A stretch of DNA of 64,000 bases from Armatimonadota bacterium (GTDB lineage Bacteria > Armatimonadota > UBA5829 > DTLH01), in the NCBI GenBank assembly GCA_038207085.1, contig JBBRAE010000014.1, forward strand, positions 1-64,000, in the 5' to 3' direction. The notes under the pieces are model-generated. The model was not told the DNA's origin. It saw nothing but the letters and a program-made list of their open reading frames with translations, and searched no databases. Shown one piece after another: positions 41,760-52,993 of this stretch. A program made the position numbers and the translations under genes. Within the stretch, counting starts at the first letter, position 1, and each line of letters begins with the position of its first letter.

Positions 41760-42110
41760 TCACGCAGCTTTCCGCACCTCGTCGGCGACAAGGGCGAGAT
41801 CACGGCGAAACTCCCCTAATCGGCGGTACCAGGACTCGTCGAGTTGACGCAGGATGCCCGCCGGGTCGACGAACGGACGCCCGAGTTTATCTTCCTTGTC
41901 CCCGGGCGCTTCTCCGACGATCGCGATTCGTGCGTATGGCGAACCTTCACCCCAAACAAGCCCGTGTCCCGCCTCACAGGCACTTGGCAGAAGCACCTGG
42001 GCACGTTCTTTCAGTTCCGAAAGCGCCGTTTCCTTATCGGCGGCATCATCAAAGAGCCTCATTTCAGCCTCCATGACGATTGTTTCGTCCCGTTTTAGTG
42101 TACCCTGCAA
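41760..42110 (-). pseudogene. Family-4 uracil-DNA glycosylase with internal deletion
   Basis: V.GEG...ARI.IVGEAPG..ED..GRPFV.PAG joined directly to the C-terminal PAGILR...FRRDL. Confidence 0.78.
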
Positions 42111-42201
42111 TTTTACTGGACACTCCGGGAATTACCTTCTCCAGGCAAGGTGTTTGAAGTGGAATAGGATACATGCAACACAGTTTCTGAGGTACAGCCC
42201 T

Positions 42202-43161
42202 TTGCGTGTTCTATATATTGTGCTTGTCTTCACGGTATCCGTGCTCTCTGCGGCGGCATCGCCGCTTCACAGGCCGATGTCGCGCGCGGCGTCCCCAATG
42301 TCGCCTTTGCCTTACCACAACGGCGCGACCCTGGTCTGCACGGACTGCCACAGTTTGCACATTGGCTCGGACAAGGGCTCGTCAAACGCCCTGAACGATG
42401 TCGACCCGCTCGATGTCTGTCTCAGGTGTCACGACTCCCACTCCGGCGTCCCCGATGTCGTAGGCTCCGACGCAAACGGGCTCTCCGACCGCTCCGGCGG
42501 GTTCTTTGACGAGTCAACCGGCGCATCGTTTCGCGGTCACAACCTGGGCAGGAACCTCGGCCCGCTCTGCGACCGTTGCCACGGACGCGACAAGGCAATT
42601 GCAGCCGTCACCTGCATCGACTGCCACGACCCACACGGCAACGGCAGGCCACGCAACCTGAAATGGGCTTCCGCGCCCGGTGCCGAGCCGCAGTTCGGAC
42701 TGTTCGTCGACCCCGGAGCCACAGGTATGGCCCGCTACGAGTCTTCCAGGGTCTCCTACGGCGCGTCAAACGGCGACGGCGTGCGTGAGGTTACGAGCGT
42801 CTGCGTGGATTGCCATCACGGGTTCTCGGGGAGTTCTAACGTGGGGCAGAGCGGCGACCACTTCAGGCACCCGTCCTACGACAGTGAACGTGGCTCGACC
42901 AACTCGATATCAAATGGCGGGGCAAAGTCGATCACCTCACCGACACATTGGACCGGCGGGATCGGACTCGGTTTCGACGGCGCAACGCGCGTCCCATTCG
43001 TCACAAGTGGGGCGACGACATTTTCTTCGGCAAAATCAATCAACCCGTCCGCGAACGGTGTATTCTGTCTCTCCTGCCACAAAGCCCACGGTAGCTCCGA
43101 GGCCTTCGGGCAGACCTGGAGCGGCAGTTCCACCGGCTGCCGGCAGTGCCACCTGCTTTGA
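42202..43161 (+). CDS. Secreted heptaheme c-type cytochrome, OmcS-like
   Basis: Signal peptide; 7 CxxCH (CTDCH, CLRCH, CDRCH, CIDCH, CVDCH, CLSCH, CRQCH); TTG start with GAGG SD. Confidence 0.88.
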   Translation: MRVLYIVLVFTVSVLSAAASPLHRPMSRAASPMSPLPYHNGATLVCTDCHSLHIGSDKGSSNALNDVDPLDVCLRCHDSHSGVPDVVGSDANGLSDRSGGFFDESTGASFRGHNLGRNLGPLCDRCHGRDKAIAAVTCIDCHDPHGNGRPRNLKWASAPGAEPQFGLFVDPGATGMARYESSRVSYGASNGDGVREVTSVCVDCHHGFSGSSNVGQSGDHFRHPSYDSERGSTNSISNGGAKSITSPTHWTGGIGLGFDGATRVPFVTSGATTFSSAKSINPSANGVFCLSCHKAHGSSEAFGQTWSGSSTGCRQCHLL

Positions 43162-43180
43162 TCCTGGACCAGATCGGGCT

Positions 43181-43594
43181 TTATCGCTTTGCGAGCACTC
43201 TTTCGCACCAACGGGCGTTGGCGTGGTGGATGTCGCGCATCTCGGTCAATAGCTGCCAAGTCGTTTCGTCTATGTCTCCCTGACCCATAATCCGCCTGAT
43301 ATCGTGCACGACCATCTGCTGATAGCTGCAAAGGAAGTTGATTCTCGCGTTGATGTCATCTTTGTCACCGATCTCGGCGGCGAAGTCACTTGTCTCGATG
43401 TTGGGGGTGCCGTCGAGTTGGCTTATCCTGTGGTAAAGGCCGGAGGATGACCACCGTTCGTTGTCGATGATATCCTCCAGCCCACTATCCATATCCGGGT
43501 CGAGCCGGTGTATTTCTTCGGCCATGATCTGAGTCGCTTCAAGCGCGCCTCTGGTCTTGCTTAGCAGCCCGTTAAGTTCAGCAACGAGTGACAT
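43181..43594 (-). CDS. Ferritin-like four-helix protein (DUF6306-like)
   Basis: ELN.LL...RG, NERWS..GL, FL...Q..VV..I, EM...H..N..WC. Confidence 0.6.
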   Translation of the reverse strand: MSLVAELNGLLSKTRGALEATQIMAEEIHRLDPDMDSGLEDIIDNERWSSSGLYHRISQLDGTPNIETSDFAAEIGDKDDINARINFLCSYQQMVVHDIRRIMGQGDIDETTWQLLTEMRDIHHANARWCERVLAKR

Positions 43595-43601
43595 AACACA
43601 A

Positions 43602-43633
43602 CTCCCATGTAAATGTCGGTTCTTGCCATTTAC
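43602..43633 (-). repeat. GTAAATGGC-N7-GACATTTAC hairpin repeat before an SD (copy 3)
   Basis: Minus strand: GTAAATGGC-aagaacc-GACATTTAC-at-GGGAG-7 nt-ATG 43594. Confidence 0.75.
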
Positions 43634-43673
43634 ACTTTCGTCCCATGACCGGAGAAACTGGCGCGATACAGGT

Positions 43674-43922
43674 CTATTCGAACAGCCCGGAAACAGCTTC
43701 GACGCCCTTTATCTCCGGAACGTCTTTCTTGAGCATTCTTTCTATACCCATCTGAAGGGTCATAGCCGCCATCGGGCATCCGTGGCATGCTCCCTGAAGT
43801 TCGACCTTCACAGTGCCGTCGGGGTCTATCTCGACGAGTCTTACGTCTCCACCGTCAAGCTGAAGTGCGGGCCTGATGCCCTCAAGTGATTTTTCTACTC
43901 TTTCTCTAAGATCTTCTGACAT
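43674..43922 (-). CDS. nfu: NifU-C/Nfu Fe-S carrier
   Basis: IRPALQLDGGDV, LQGACHGCP, TLQMGIE. Confidence 0.93.
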   Translation of the reverse strand: MSEDLRERVEKSLEGIRPALQLDGGDVRLVEIDPDGTVKVELQGACHGCPMAAMTLQMGIERMLKKDVPEIKGVEAVSGLFE

Positions 43923-43964
43923 GTTGGCTCCTTTCGCGGCTTTTGCCGCATGTTCAATTCGAAA

Positions 43965-44396
43965 TTATTCGTGATCGTGATCGTGTGAATGGTCATGCGG
44001 CTTCAGGTCAAGACCCTTGCCGGTTGTCTTGGTAAGATAATCGTCGATAGCAGCCTGGACCGCCTCTTCGGCGAGTACCGAGCAGTGCATCTTGACCGGG
44101 GGAAGCCCGCCAAGCGCCTCTGCAACGGCCTTGTTAGTGAGCTGCAGGGCCTCATCGAGGGTTTTACCCTTGATAAGCTCCGTCGCCATACTGCTTGTCG
44201 CGATCGCCGCACCACAGCCGAACGTTTTGAACTTCACATCGGTTATGACGTTGTCGTCGACTTTGATAAACATCTTCATGATATCGCCACAGGTGGGGTT
44301 GCCGACCGTTCCGACGCCGTCGGGGTTGTCGATCTCCCCGACATTGCGGGGGTTGGCGAAGTGTTCCATAACCTGTGGGCTGTACTGTCCGCTCAT
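43965..44396 (-). CDS. iscU: Fe-S scaffold IscU/NifU-N
   Basis: HF.NPRNVG, GNPTCGD, FKTFGCGAAIA, LPPVKMHCS. Confidence 0.95.
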   Translation of the reverse strand: MSGQYSPQVMEHFANPRNVGEIDNPDGVGTVGNPTCGDIMKMFIKVDDNVITDVKFKTFGCGAAIATSSMATELIKGKTLDEALQLTNKAVAEALGGLPPVKMHCSVLAEEAVQAAIDDYLTKTTGKGLDLKPHDHSHDHDHE

Positions 44397-44421
44397 ACTA
44401 TGATACCTCCGTTAACTACGT

Positions 44422-45240
44422 TCAGCCGCTTGATGTCGGCTCGATATTCGATACAAAACCTGTTCTTTCCTCTACATTTCGCGCGACCTCTCGAAACGCC
44501 TCAGCCTGTGCCGAAGTCGGCCTTGCGATAACTGTCGGGATTCCCCGGTCGCTGTCGATCACCGTCTCAGGCTCAAGCGGGATGTGTCCCAGCACAGGTA
44601 TGTCCAACTTTGTCGCTGCAACGTGGACACCGCCCCGGCTGAAGATCTCAGTTTGGCCCTCGCAGTGCGGGCAGACGAAATAGCTCATGTTCTCGACGAT
44701 ACCCAAAATCGGCACGTCCATCTTGCGGAACATCTCCGCGGCCTTGATCGCAATAGAAAGCGCCATATCCTGAGAGGTCGAGACTACGACGACTCCAGTG
44801 ATAGGCACCGACTGAGCGAGCGTGAGCTGCGCGTCGCCGGTTCCGGGCGGCAGGTCCACGACCAGATAATCGAGCTCGCCCCAAAGAACGTCCGAAAGCA
44901 TCTGCTTGATCGCGCCTGAGACCATCGGGCCTCTCCAGATCACCGCCGCGTCCTCGGGCATAAGAAACCCAAGCGACATGATCTTGATGCCATGCCGCTC
45001 GATCGGGACGATCTTGTCATCAAGCGCCCGGGGGTGTTCCATCACTCCCATAAGTCTCGGGAGGCTCGGCCCGTAGATATCGGCGTCCATCAGCCCGACC
45101 TTCGCGCCCTGGTTCGCAAGGGCAAGCGCGAGGTTGACCGATATGGTCGACTTTCCGACTCCACCCTTGCCGCTTGCAACGGCTATCACGTATTTTACGC
45201 CCGGAATCAGCTCTTCGGCAGACGCATTTTTGTTGAACAT
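44422..45240 (-). CDS. mrp: Mrp/NBP35 (ApbC) Fe-S carrier ATPase
   Basis: SGKGGVGKST, DADIYGPS, WRGPM, DLPPGTGD, ENMS..VCPHC. Confidence 0.95.
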   Translation of the reverse strand: MFNKNASAEELIPGVKYVIAVASGKGGVGKSTISVNLALALANQGAKVGLMDADIYGPSLPRLMGVMEHPRALDDKIVPIERHGIKIMSLGFLMPEDAAVIWRGPMVSGAIKQMLSDVLWGELDYLVVDLPPGTGDAQLTLAQSVPITGVVVVSTSQDMALSIAIKAAEMFRKMDVPILGIVENMSYFVCPHCEGQTEIFSRGGVHVAATKLDIPVLGHIPLEPETVIDSDRGIPTVIARPTSAQAEAFREVARNVEERTGFVSNIEPTSSG

Positions 45241-45797
45241 CAGTATTTCTCCATCGGCTCGCCAGTGACTCTCTGGTGGGCCTGGCCTACTACGCAGAAC
45301 GCGAGGTGATCGATGCCGCACCGCGCGCACGCTTCATCCACGTGCCCGTTTGTTTCCAGGGCGAGCTTGATAAACTCCTCAAGGCTGTCGACAAGTGAGC
45401 TGCGTCGCTCGTCGTTCATCATTCCGAGGATTGCTCTTAGCCATTCCATCCGCGAAAGCCTAGCCTGCACGATCCACTTTCGCCCCACGTCTGTCAGCTC
45501 AACACGTGCGAGCCTTCGGTCGTCCTCACTGTGCTCGCGTGTGACGAGCTCTTTGCCTACGAGCCGCTCAACGAGCTGGCTCACCGCCGGAACCGAGATC
45601 GAGAGCCCCAGGGCGATCTTTCGAATAGGGGAAGGCCCGTGCAGGTAAAGATACTCCAGGCACTGCGCGAGCGATGGGGTAACGTCCCCGTTTGCTCGAC
45701 CATCCTCTTCGGTGACTTTGGTCACAAGCTCGGCAAAAACGTCGGCGAGTATTTTAAGGTATTCCACCGATTCTCTTGTAAGCGCAGCCTGTTCCAT
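45240..45797 (-). CDS. MarR-family regulator with C-terminal Cys/His motif
   Basis: wHTH (IA..L.IS.PAVSQLV.RL..K.LV.R....DRR...V.LT..G) plus CARCGIDHLAFC. Confidence 0.88.
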   Translation of the reverse strand: MEQAALTRESVEYLKILADVFAELVTKVTEEDGRANGDVTPSLAQCLEYLYLHGPSPIRKIALGLSISVPAVSQLVERLVGKELVTREHSEDDRRLARVELTDVGRKWIVQARLSRMEWLRAILGMMNDERRSSLVDSLEEFIKLALETNGHVDEACARCGIDHLAFCVVGQAHQRVTGEPMEKY

Positions 45798-45804
45798 AAG
45801 AGTA

Positions 45805-45841
45805 TAAGCACCTTAGTAGTTAAGCTGCTTACATTATACCA
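45805..45841 (-). promoter_or_regulatory. Extended -10 promoter and adjacent palindromic operator
   Basis: Minus strand TGGTATAAT (45841-45833), followed by the inverted repeat TAAGCAcCTTA-gtagt-TAAGcTGCTTA (45805-45831). Confidence 0.65.
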
Positions 45842-45984
45842 CGTCACAAGAAGTTTCAAGCATGCAAGCGTGAGATTTTTATTGGGATTGTGCTTCAAGT
45901 CAAAATGTTTGCAGCGACCTCGATTGTGGGAACCTGCAAAATGTCACTAGTTGAGCTTGCCTGTAAGCTATTACGAGAGGATAT

Positions 45985-48351
45985 ATGCACGATCCGATAG
46001 CGGGGAATATATTCGGGCAAACGGCGCTGCTGCTCCTTGCGGCGGCGGTGTTTGGTGCGATCGCGCTTCGGTTGCGCCAGCCGCTCGTTGTCGCCTTTGT
46101 CGCGGTTGGGATCCTCGCGGGGCCTTCGGTGTTGGGGTGGACGACTTCGGACAAGTCCATCCAGCTCTTGGCCGAACTCGGCCTGTCGCTCCTGCTCTTT
46201 GTAGTCGGCCTGAAGCTCGATGTTGGGCTGATCAGGAGTATGGGGCTCGTCTCGCTTGCGACCGGTATCGGACAGGTTGCGCTTACCGGCGTGATTGCGT
46301 TTCTGATCGCGCTTGGGCTTGGGCTGGGCACGGTTTCAGCGCTTTACACGGGGATTGCGCTGTCGTTTTCGAGCACGATCATCGTGGTCAAGATGCTCTC
46401 GGACAAGCGTGAGACCGACTCCCTTCACGGCAGGATCGCAATAGGACTCTTGATCGTGCAAGATATTCTGGTTGTGCTTGCGATGGTTGTTCTCTCAGGC
46501 CTCGGGCAGGAGGGCAGCGGTGGGATAGGCCTGCGAATCCTTCAGATCGCCCTGCGCGGAGTTGCGCTATTTGCGGCGCTTGCGGTGTTTATGTATTTCA
46601 TTCTGCCGAGGGTGATCGGCTTTGTCGCTCGGACCCCTGAGCTCTTGGTGCTCTCTGCGATTGCCTGGGCGATCGCTCTTGCGAGCCTTGCGTCTGCTAT
46701 GGGGTTCAGCAAGGAGGTCGGCGCGTTTCTGGCGGGGGTGACGCTTGCCTCTACTGAGTATAGAGAAGTCCTCGCGGCCCGGCTGGTGAGTCTCAGGGAC
46801 TTCCTGCTGCTCTTCTTCTTTGTCGATCTCGGCATTCGCCTCGACCTCGGCACTCTTGGCTCGCAGGTATGGGCGGCGATGCTGTTGTCGGCGTTTGTGC
46901 TCATCGGAAAGCCTTTGATTATGCTCGCAATTCTAGGCGCGATGGGCTACAGGAGGCGCACGGGGTTTCTTTCCGGGCTCTACATCGCCCAGATCAGCGA
47001 GTTTTCACTGATTCTCGCCGCGCTTGGGCTATTGCTTGGGCACATCGGCGAGGACATCGTGGGGCTTATCACGCTCGTCGGGCTCGTCACGATCGCGGTG
47101 TCGGCCTATCTCATCACCGCAAGCGAGGCGCTCTACGACCGACTTGCGCCTTATCTCAAAGTCTTTGAAAGAAAGGCGCTGAGCCGTGAGAGACTCGCCT
47201 ACTCTGAGGGTCACCTGCCTGAAAAAGCGGAGGTTATTATGTTCGGACTCGGTCGTTACGGAAGCAGCATCGCCCGGCATCTCTCCCATCAGGGAAGACC
47301 GGTGCTCGGCGTCGATTTTGACCCTCAAGCGGTCGCGAACTGGAACAATTCCGGTCGCCCCGCCGTCTTCGGCGATGCAGAAGACCCCGAGTTCCCCGCC
47401 GCTTTGCCGCTTTCGAGTGCTCGCTGGGTCGTAAGCTCCATTCGGGACAGGGACATCAACGTCTCTTTGATGCACTCGCTTCGAAGCCACGGGTTTACCG
47501 GAAGCATCGCCGTCACCGCTCAGACGGAAGGGGAGGCGGGAGACCTGCGGCCGAGCGCGGACGTAGTCTTCGTCCCGTTCTCAGACGCCGCCAGCCAGGC
47601 CGCTGACATATTGAGCTCGGTCGATGCTGAGGAACGCCGCAAGCAGATGGACCGGGAGATCGAGGCCGTGGCCGACCACTTCATCATCTGCGGCTACGGG
47701 CGGATGGGCCAGCAGATCGTCCAAGACCTCTCCCGTGAGGGGTTGCCCTGCGTTGTTGTCGAGTGGAACCCTGAACAGCTTCCGAAGCTGATCAGGGAAA
47801 ACGTGCCTCACGTGGTTGGAAAGGCAACCGAAGATGCGGTTCTTCAAGCCGCCGGGATCGCCCGCGCCCGCTGCCTCGTCTCAGTCACCGCGACCGACGA
47901 AGAAAACGTCTTTATCGTCCTCACTGCGCGCGGTTTGAGCCGCCACCTCTATATAGTCGCCCGTTCAATTCGCCATGACAACGAGGACAAACTTCGGCGC
48001 GCCGGGGCCGACCGCGTGATCTCCCCCTACATCCTCGGAGGCCACCGGATGGCGCTTGCGGCGATGCGTCCGAGGGTGATAGAATTCCTCGAAGTGGTCG
48101 AGCACGGTGAGGTCCCCGATGTCGACCTGTTCAACCTCGTTGTCGGCGGTGCGTCGACTCTTGTCGGCAAAAGCATCCGAGAAAGCGGCCTTAGAGCTCA
48201 GACCGGCGCCCTCGTGCTCGCGGTCCGTCGGTGGGGTGGGGAGCTTTTCGCAAACCCCGAACCAGATATGACGATCGAAGAGGGCGATGAGCTTATAGTT
48301 ATGGGCACCCGGCCCCAGATCGACGCCGCCGAACGCCTCACCACCGGTTAG
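45985..48351 (+). CDS. CPA2 (KefC-like) cation/H+ antiporter with TrkA-N + TrkA-N/TrkA-C domains
   Basis: LRQP, GIL.GP, SSTIIVVK.L, IVQD, GAFLAG, QISEFS; two GxGxxG RCK motifs. Confidence 0.9.
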   Translation: MHDPIAGNIFGQTALLLLAAAVFGAIALRLRQPLVVAFVAVGILAGPSVLGWTTSDKSIQLLAELGLSLLLFVVGLKLDVGLIRSMGLVSLATGIGQVALTGVIAFLIALGLGLGTVSALYTGIALSFSSTIIVVKMLSDKRETDSLHGRIAIGLLIVQDILVVLAMVVLSGLGQEGSGGIGLRILQIALRGVALFAALAVFMYFILPRVIGFVARTPELLVLSAIAWAIALASLASAMGFSKEVGAFLAGVTLASTEYREVLAARLVSLRDFLLLFFFVDLGIRLDLGTLGSQVWAAMLLSAFVLIGKPLIMLAILGAMGYRRRTGFLSGLYIAQISEFSLILAALGLLLGHIGEDIVGLITLVGLVTIAVSAYLITASEALYDRLAPYLKVFERKALSRERLAYSEGHLPEKAEVIMFGLGRYGSSIARHLSHQGRPVLGVDFDPQAVANWNNSGRPAVFGDAEDPEFPAALPLSSARWVVSSIRDRDINVSLMHSLRSHGFTGSIAVTAQTEGEAGDLRPSADVVFVPFSDAASQAADILSSVDAEERRKQMDREIEAVADHFIICGYGRMGQQIVQDLSREGLPCVVVEWNPEQLPKLIRENVPHVVGKATEDAVLQAAGIARARCLVSVTATDEENVFIVLTARGLSRHLYIVARSIRHDNEDKLRRAGADRVISPYILGGHRMALAAMRPRVIEFLEVVEHGEVPDVDLFNLVVGGASTLVGKSIRESGLRAQTGALVLAVRRWGGELFANPEPDMTIEEGDELIVMGTRPQIDAAERLTTG

Positions 48352-48464
48352 CCCGCATTATTCACGAGAAGCGTGAATGATGCTCTCTTAGCAAGAGCTT
48401 TATTCGCTTCACGAATAAAGCGGGTTAGCTCACTCTATTCGCTTACCGAATAACGCGGGTTAGC
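48348..48464. repeat. REP-like cluster (GAATAA.GCGGG.TAG)
   Basis: TAGCCCGCATTATTC plus two inverted copies GAATAAAGCGGGTTAG and GAATAACGCGGGTTAG, with TATTCG-N5-CGAATA hairpins. Confidence 0.7.
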
Positions 48465-48530
48465 GCCCAGGCTCGCATAATTTGTTGTACTGGGTATGCA
48501 ATAAATGTGAACGTATTGCGAAGTGGGGTG

Positions 48531-48734
48531 ATGGTATTGGAGCAGGAAGTTATAGCCGAAGCTGCAGCCTTTATCCAGGGGTGTGAATATCCTTGCACCA
48601 GGCAGGAGTTGATAGACACGGCAGAGGTTGAGGGGGCTCCCGAGGAAGTCGTCGAGTTTATCGGTCAACTGCCTGATGGCGAGTATTTGTCTGAAACTTT
48701 GGTTATTGAAGCGCTGGAAGGCTGTCGGTGCTAA
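48531..48734 (+). CDS. DUF2795 small protein
   Basis: G..YP.TRQELI..A...GAP.EV......LPD.EY. Confidence 0.8.
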   Translation: MVLEQEVIAEAAAFIQGCEYPCTRQELIDTAEVEGAPEEVVEFIGQLPDGEYLSETLVIEALEGCRC

Positions 48735-48876
48735 GCGATTTAGTCACAGCCGGCCTGTAGGTGACGCCTGGCCCGGGGACTTCGGTCTCCGGGCCGTTCT
48801 GCTGTTTAGGATTGTCGAGCTTGAGGGATAAAGCTATTGGCTCCTTGCCGCCACGGTCAGTCTGTGGTAACCTTTT

Positions 48877-51255
<2,379 letters not shown>

Positions 51256-51284
51256 TCGGTCCCGTTTATGCTGCTGGAGGTAAC

Positions 51285-52070
51285 GTGTCGGAAACTACTC
51301 ATCTTGTTTTTCTTAGGGCGATTATTGCGATGGTGGCCGCGGGTTTGGGCGGTCTTGTCGGTGTTTTGTGGAAAAAAACAAGCCACAAGACGCTCTGCGC
51401 GCTCGTCAGCTTTGCTGCAGGCGCTCTTTTGTCAGTTACAGCGGTCGACATCATGCCCGAGGCGCTTGAGATCAGCGGCTGGGGGCCGATGCTTGGCGCG
51501 ACTGTCGTCGGGATAGTCTTCTTCTATCTGATCGGCAAGTATGTTTCATACGTCTGCCCGGCATGTGCAGCGTCGGCGGTCGAGCACCAGCGCGGATACC
51601 TGCGGCTTGGGATCCTCTTGATGGTCGCCCTCGGCATCCACAGCACAGTCGACGGCCTCGGCATCGCGATCAGCTCCCAGGCGGGGATGGAGCAGCTTGC
51701 AATACTCATACTCTTTGCCGTCTCTTACCACAAGGTTCCCGAGGGGCTTGCGCTCGTTTCGGTGGCGCGGCTAGCCGGGATTACGCGTTGGAAGGCGCTT
51801 GCGCTGACGATCCTGATCGAGATGACGACCGGCCTCGGCGCGTTTCTCGGTCTGGTCGCGCTTCGAGGGCTGTCCCCTGACAGCCACTGGATCGGCATCC
51901 ATCTCGGCCTTGTCGCTGGTAGCTTCCTCTACATAGTAGGCTTCGCCTTGATTACCGAGATGAAGGAACACGAGCGAAAGTCGATCATCGGCTACGCGAT
52001 ATTTGGTTTTGCGGCGATCCTTGCCACGAGCATTGCCCTGAAGATGCTCGGCATCGGACACGAGCACTAG
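51285..52070 (+). CDS. ZIP-family metal transporter
   Basis: FAAGALL, IHS.VDG, HKVPEG, GSFLY. Confidence 0.88.
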   Translation: MSETTHLVFLRAIIAMVAAGLGGLVGVLWKKTSHKTLCALVSFAAGALLSVTAVDIMPEALEISGWGPMLGATVVGIVFFYLIGKYVSYVCPACAASAVEHQRGYLRLGILLMVALGIHSTVDGLGIAISSQAGMEQLAILILFAVSYHKVPEGLALVSVARLAGITRWKALALTILIEMTTGLGAFLGLVALRGLSPDSHWIGIHLGLVAGSFLYIVGFALITEMKEHERKSIIGYAIFGFAAILATSIALKMLGIGHEH

Positions 52071-52072
52071 CC

Positions 52073-52948
52073 GTGGCAGCAATCGACGCCTATCTGAATA
52101 TTGCATCTGATTTCTACGAGCAGGACCGCCTGGATGACGCAATGCAGGTCGTTACCGACGCCTTCGAGCGCGAGGGTTGGCCCGAGGGTGGCTGGACCGC
52201 CTTTTACAACTCGCTTGTCTGCGAAAAAGATGCCCGGGACGCGGGGCGGATCCACAAGATCGACTATGGGCTTCAGCTGGAAGTCCCCAAGACGATCTCC
52301 CCCGCGACTTTCGAGATGCTAAAGGCCAAAGCACTCGACGCGAGAGCCCAAATAGGACAGGCGCTTCGCGTCGGCTTCGTAAGGCCGATCCTCGTCACGG
52401 TCTTTCTCCCGGACGCGCCGCTTGACTTTATCTCAGGCTCCTACGGCTTTGCGACCCACAAATATGAGATCGACAAGGTCTGTTTTCCCTACAGATATCT
52501 CGACAAGCCAAGGGAAGTCGAGAGCACACTGCTTCACGAGTTCACCCACCTCGCCGTCTATGAGCTCGCCGGTCAGTTGATAGGGAACAGGTGGATCAAC
52601 GAAGGGCTTGCGATGCACCTCTGCGGCGACGCGTCCGAGGAACTTTGCCGTGAGGCCGTTGAAGAATCGGGCTGGTCGCAAGAAGAGATCAGCTTGGCGC
52701 ACATAGAAGATATTCTTATCAGCCACGACGACTATCGCGACGACCGGGGCGAGATATTGCTCGACGCCGCTTACTACCTCGCCGGAAGCTTTGTGGTTTT
52801 TCTTGTGAAGAGATTCGGGCTGGATATGCTTCGCGAGGTGATCGTTCGGATAGGCAGCAGGGAAGAGTTAGCCGATCACGCGATCCGCAAGGTCACGGGA
52901 GAGCGCCTGCGAGATATCGAACGTGATTGGCGAGCCAGTGTTGGATGA
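52073..52948 (+). CDS. Gluzincin/MA-clan metallopeptidase-like protein
   Basis: LLHEFTHL...WINEGLA, Y..AGSFV.FL..RFG. Confidence 0.75.
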   Translation: MAAIDAYLNIASDFYEQDRLDDAMQVVTDAFEREGWPEGGWTAFYNSLVCEKDARDAGRIHKIDYGLQLEVPKTISPATFEMLKAKALDARAQIGQALRVGFVRPILVTVFLPDAPLDFISGSYGFATHKYEIDKVCFPYRYLDKPREVESTLLHEFTHLAVYELAGQLIGNRWINEGLAMHLCGDASEELCREAVEESGWSQEEISLAHIEDILISHDDYRDDRGEILLDAAYYLAGSFVVFLVKRFGLDMLREVIVRIGSREELADHAIRKVTGERLRDIERDWRASVG

Positions 52949-52993
52949 ACACGAATCCTGCTACGGTATACGTGGGATTAAGTCAAGCGGGCA

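Noticed and set aside
41854..42201. N-terminal extension of the cytochrome ORF
   Set aside because: Overlaps the antisense UDG remnant; the signal peptide and SD point to 42202
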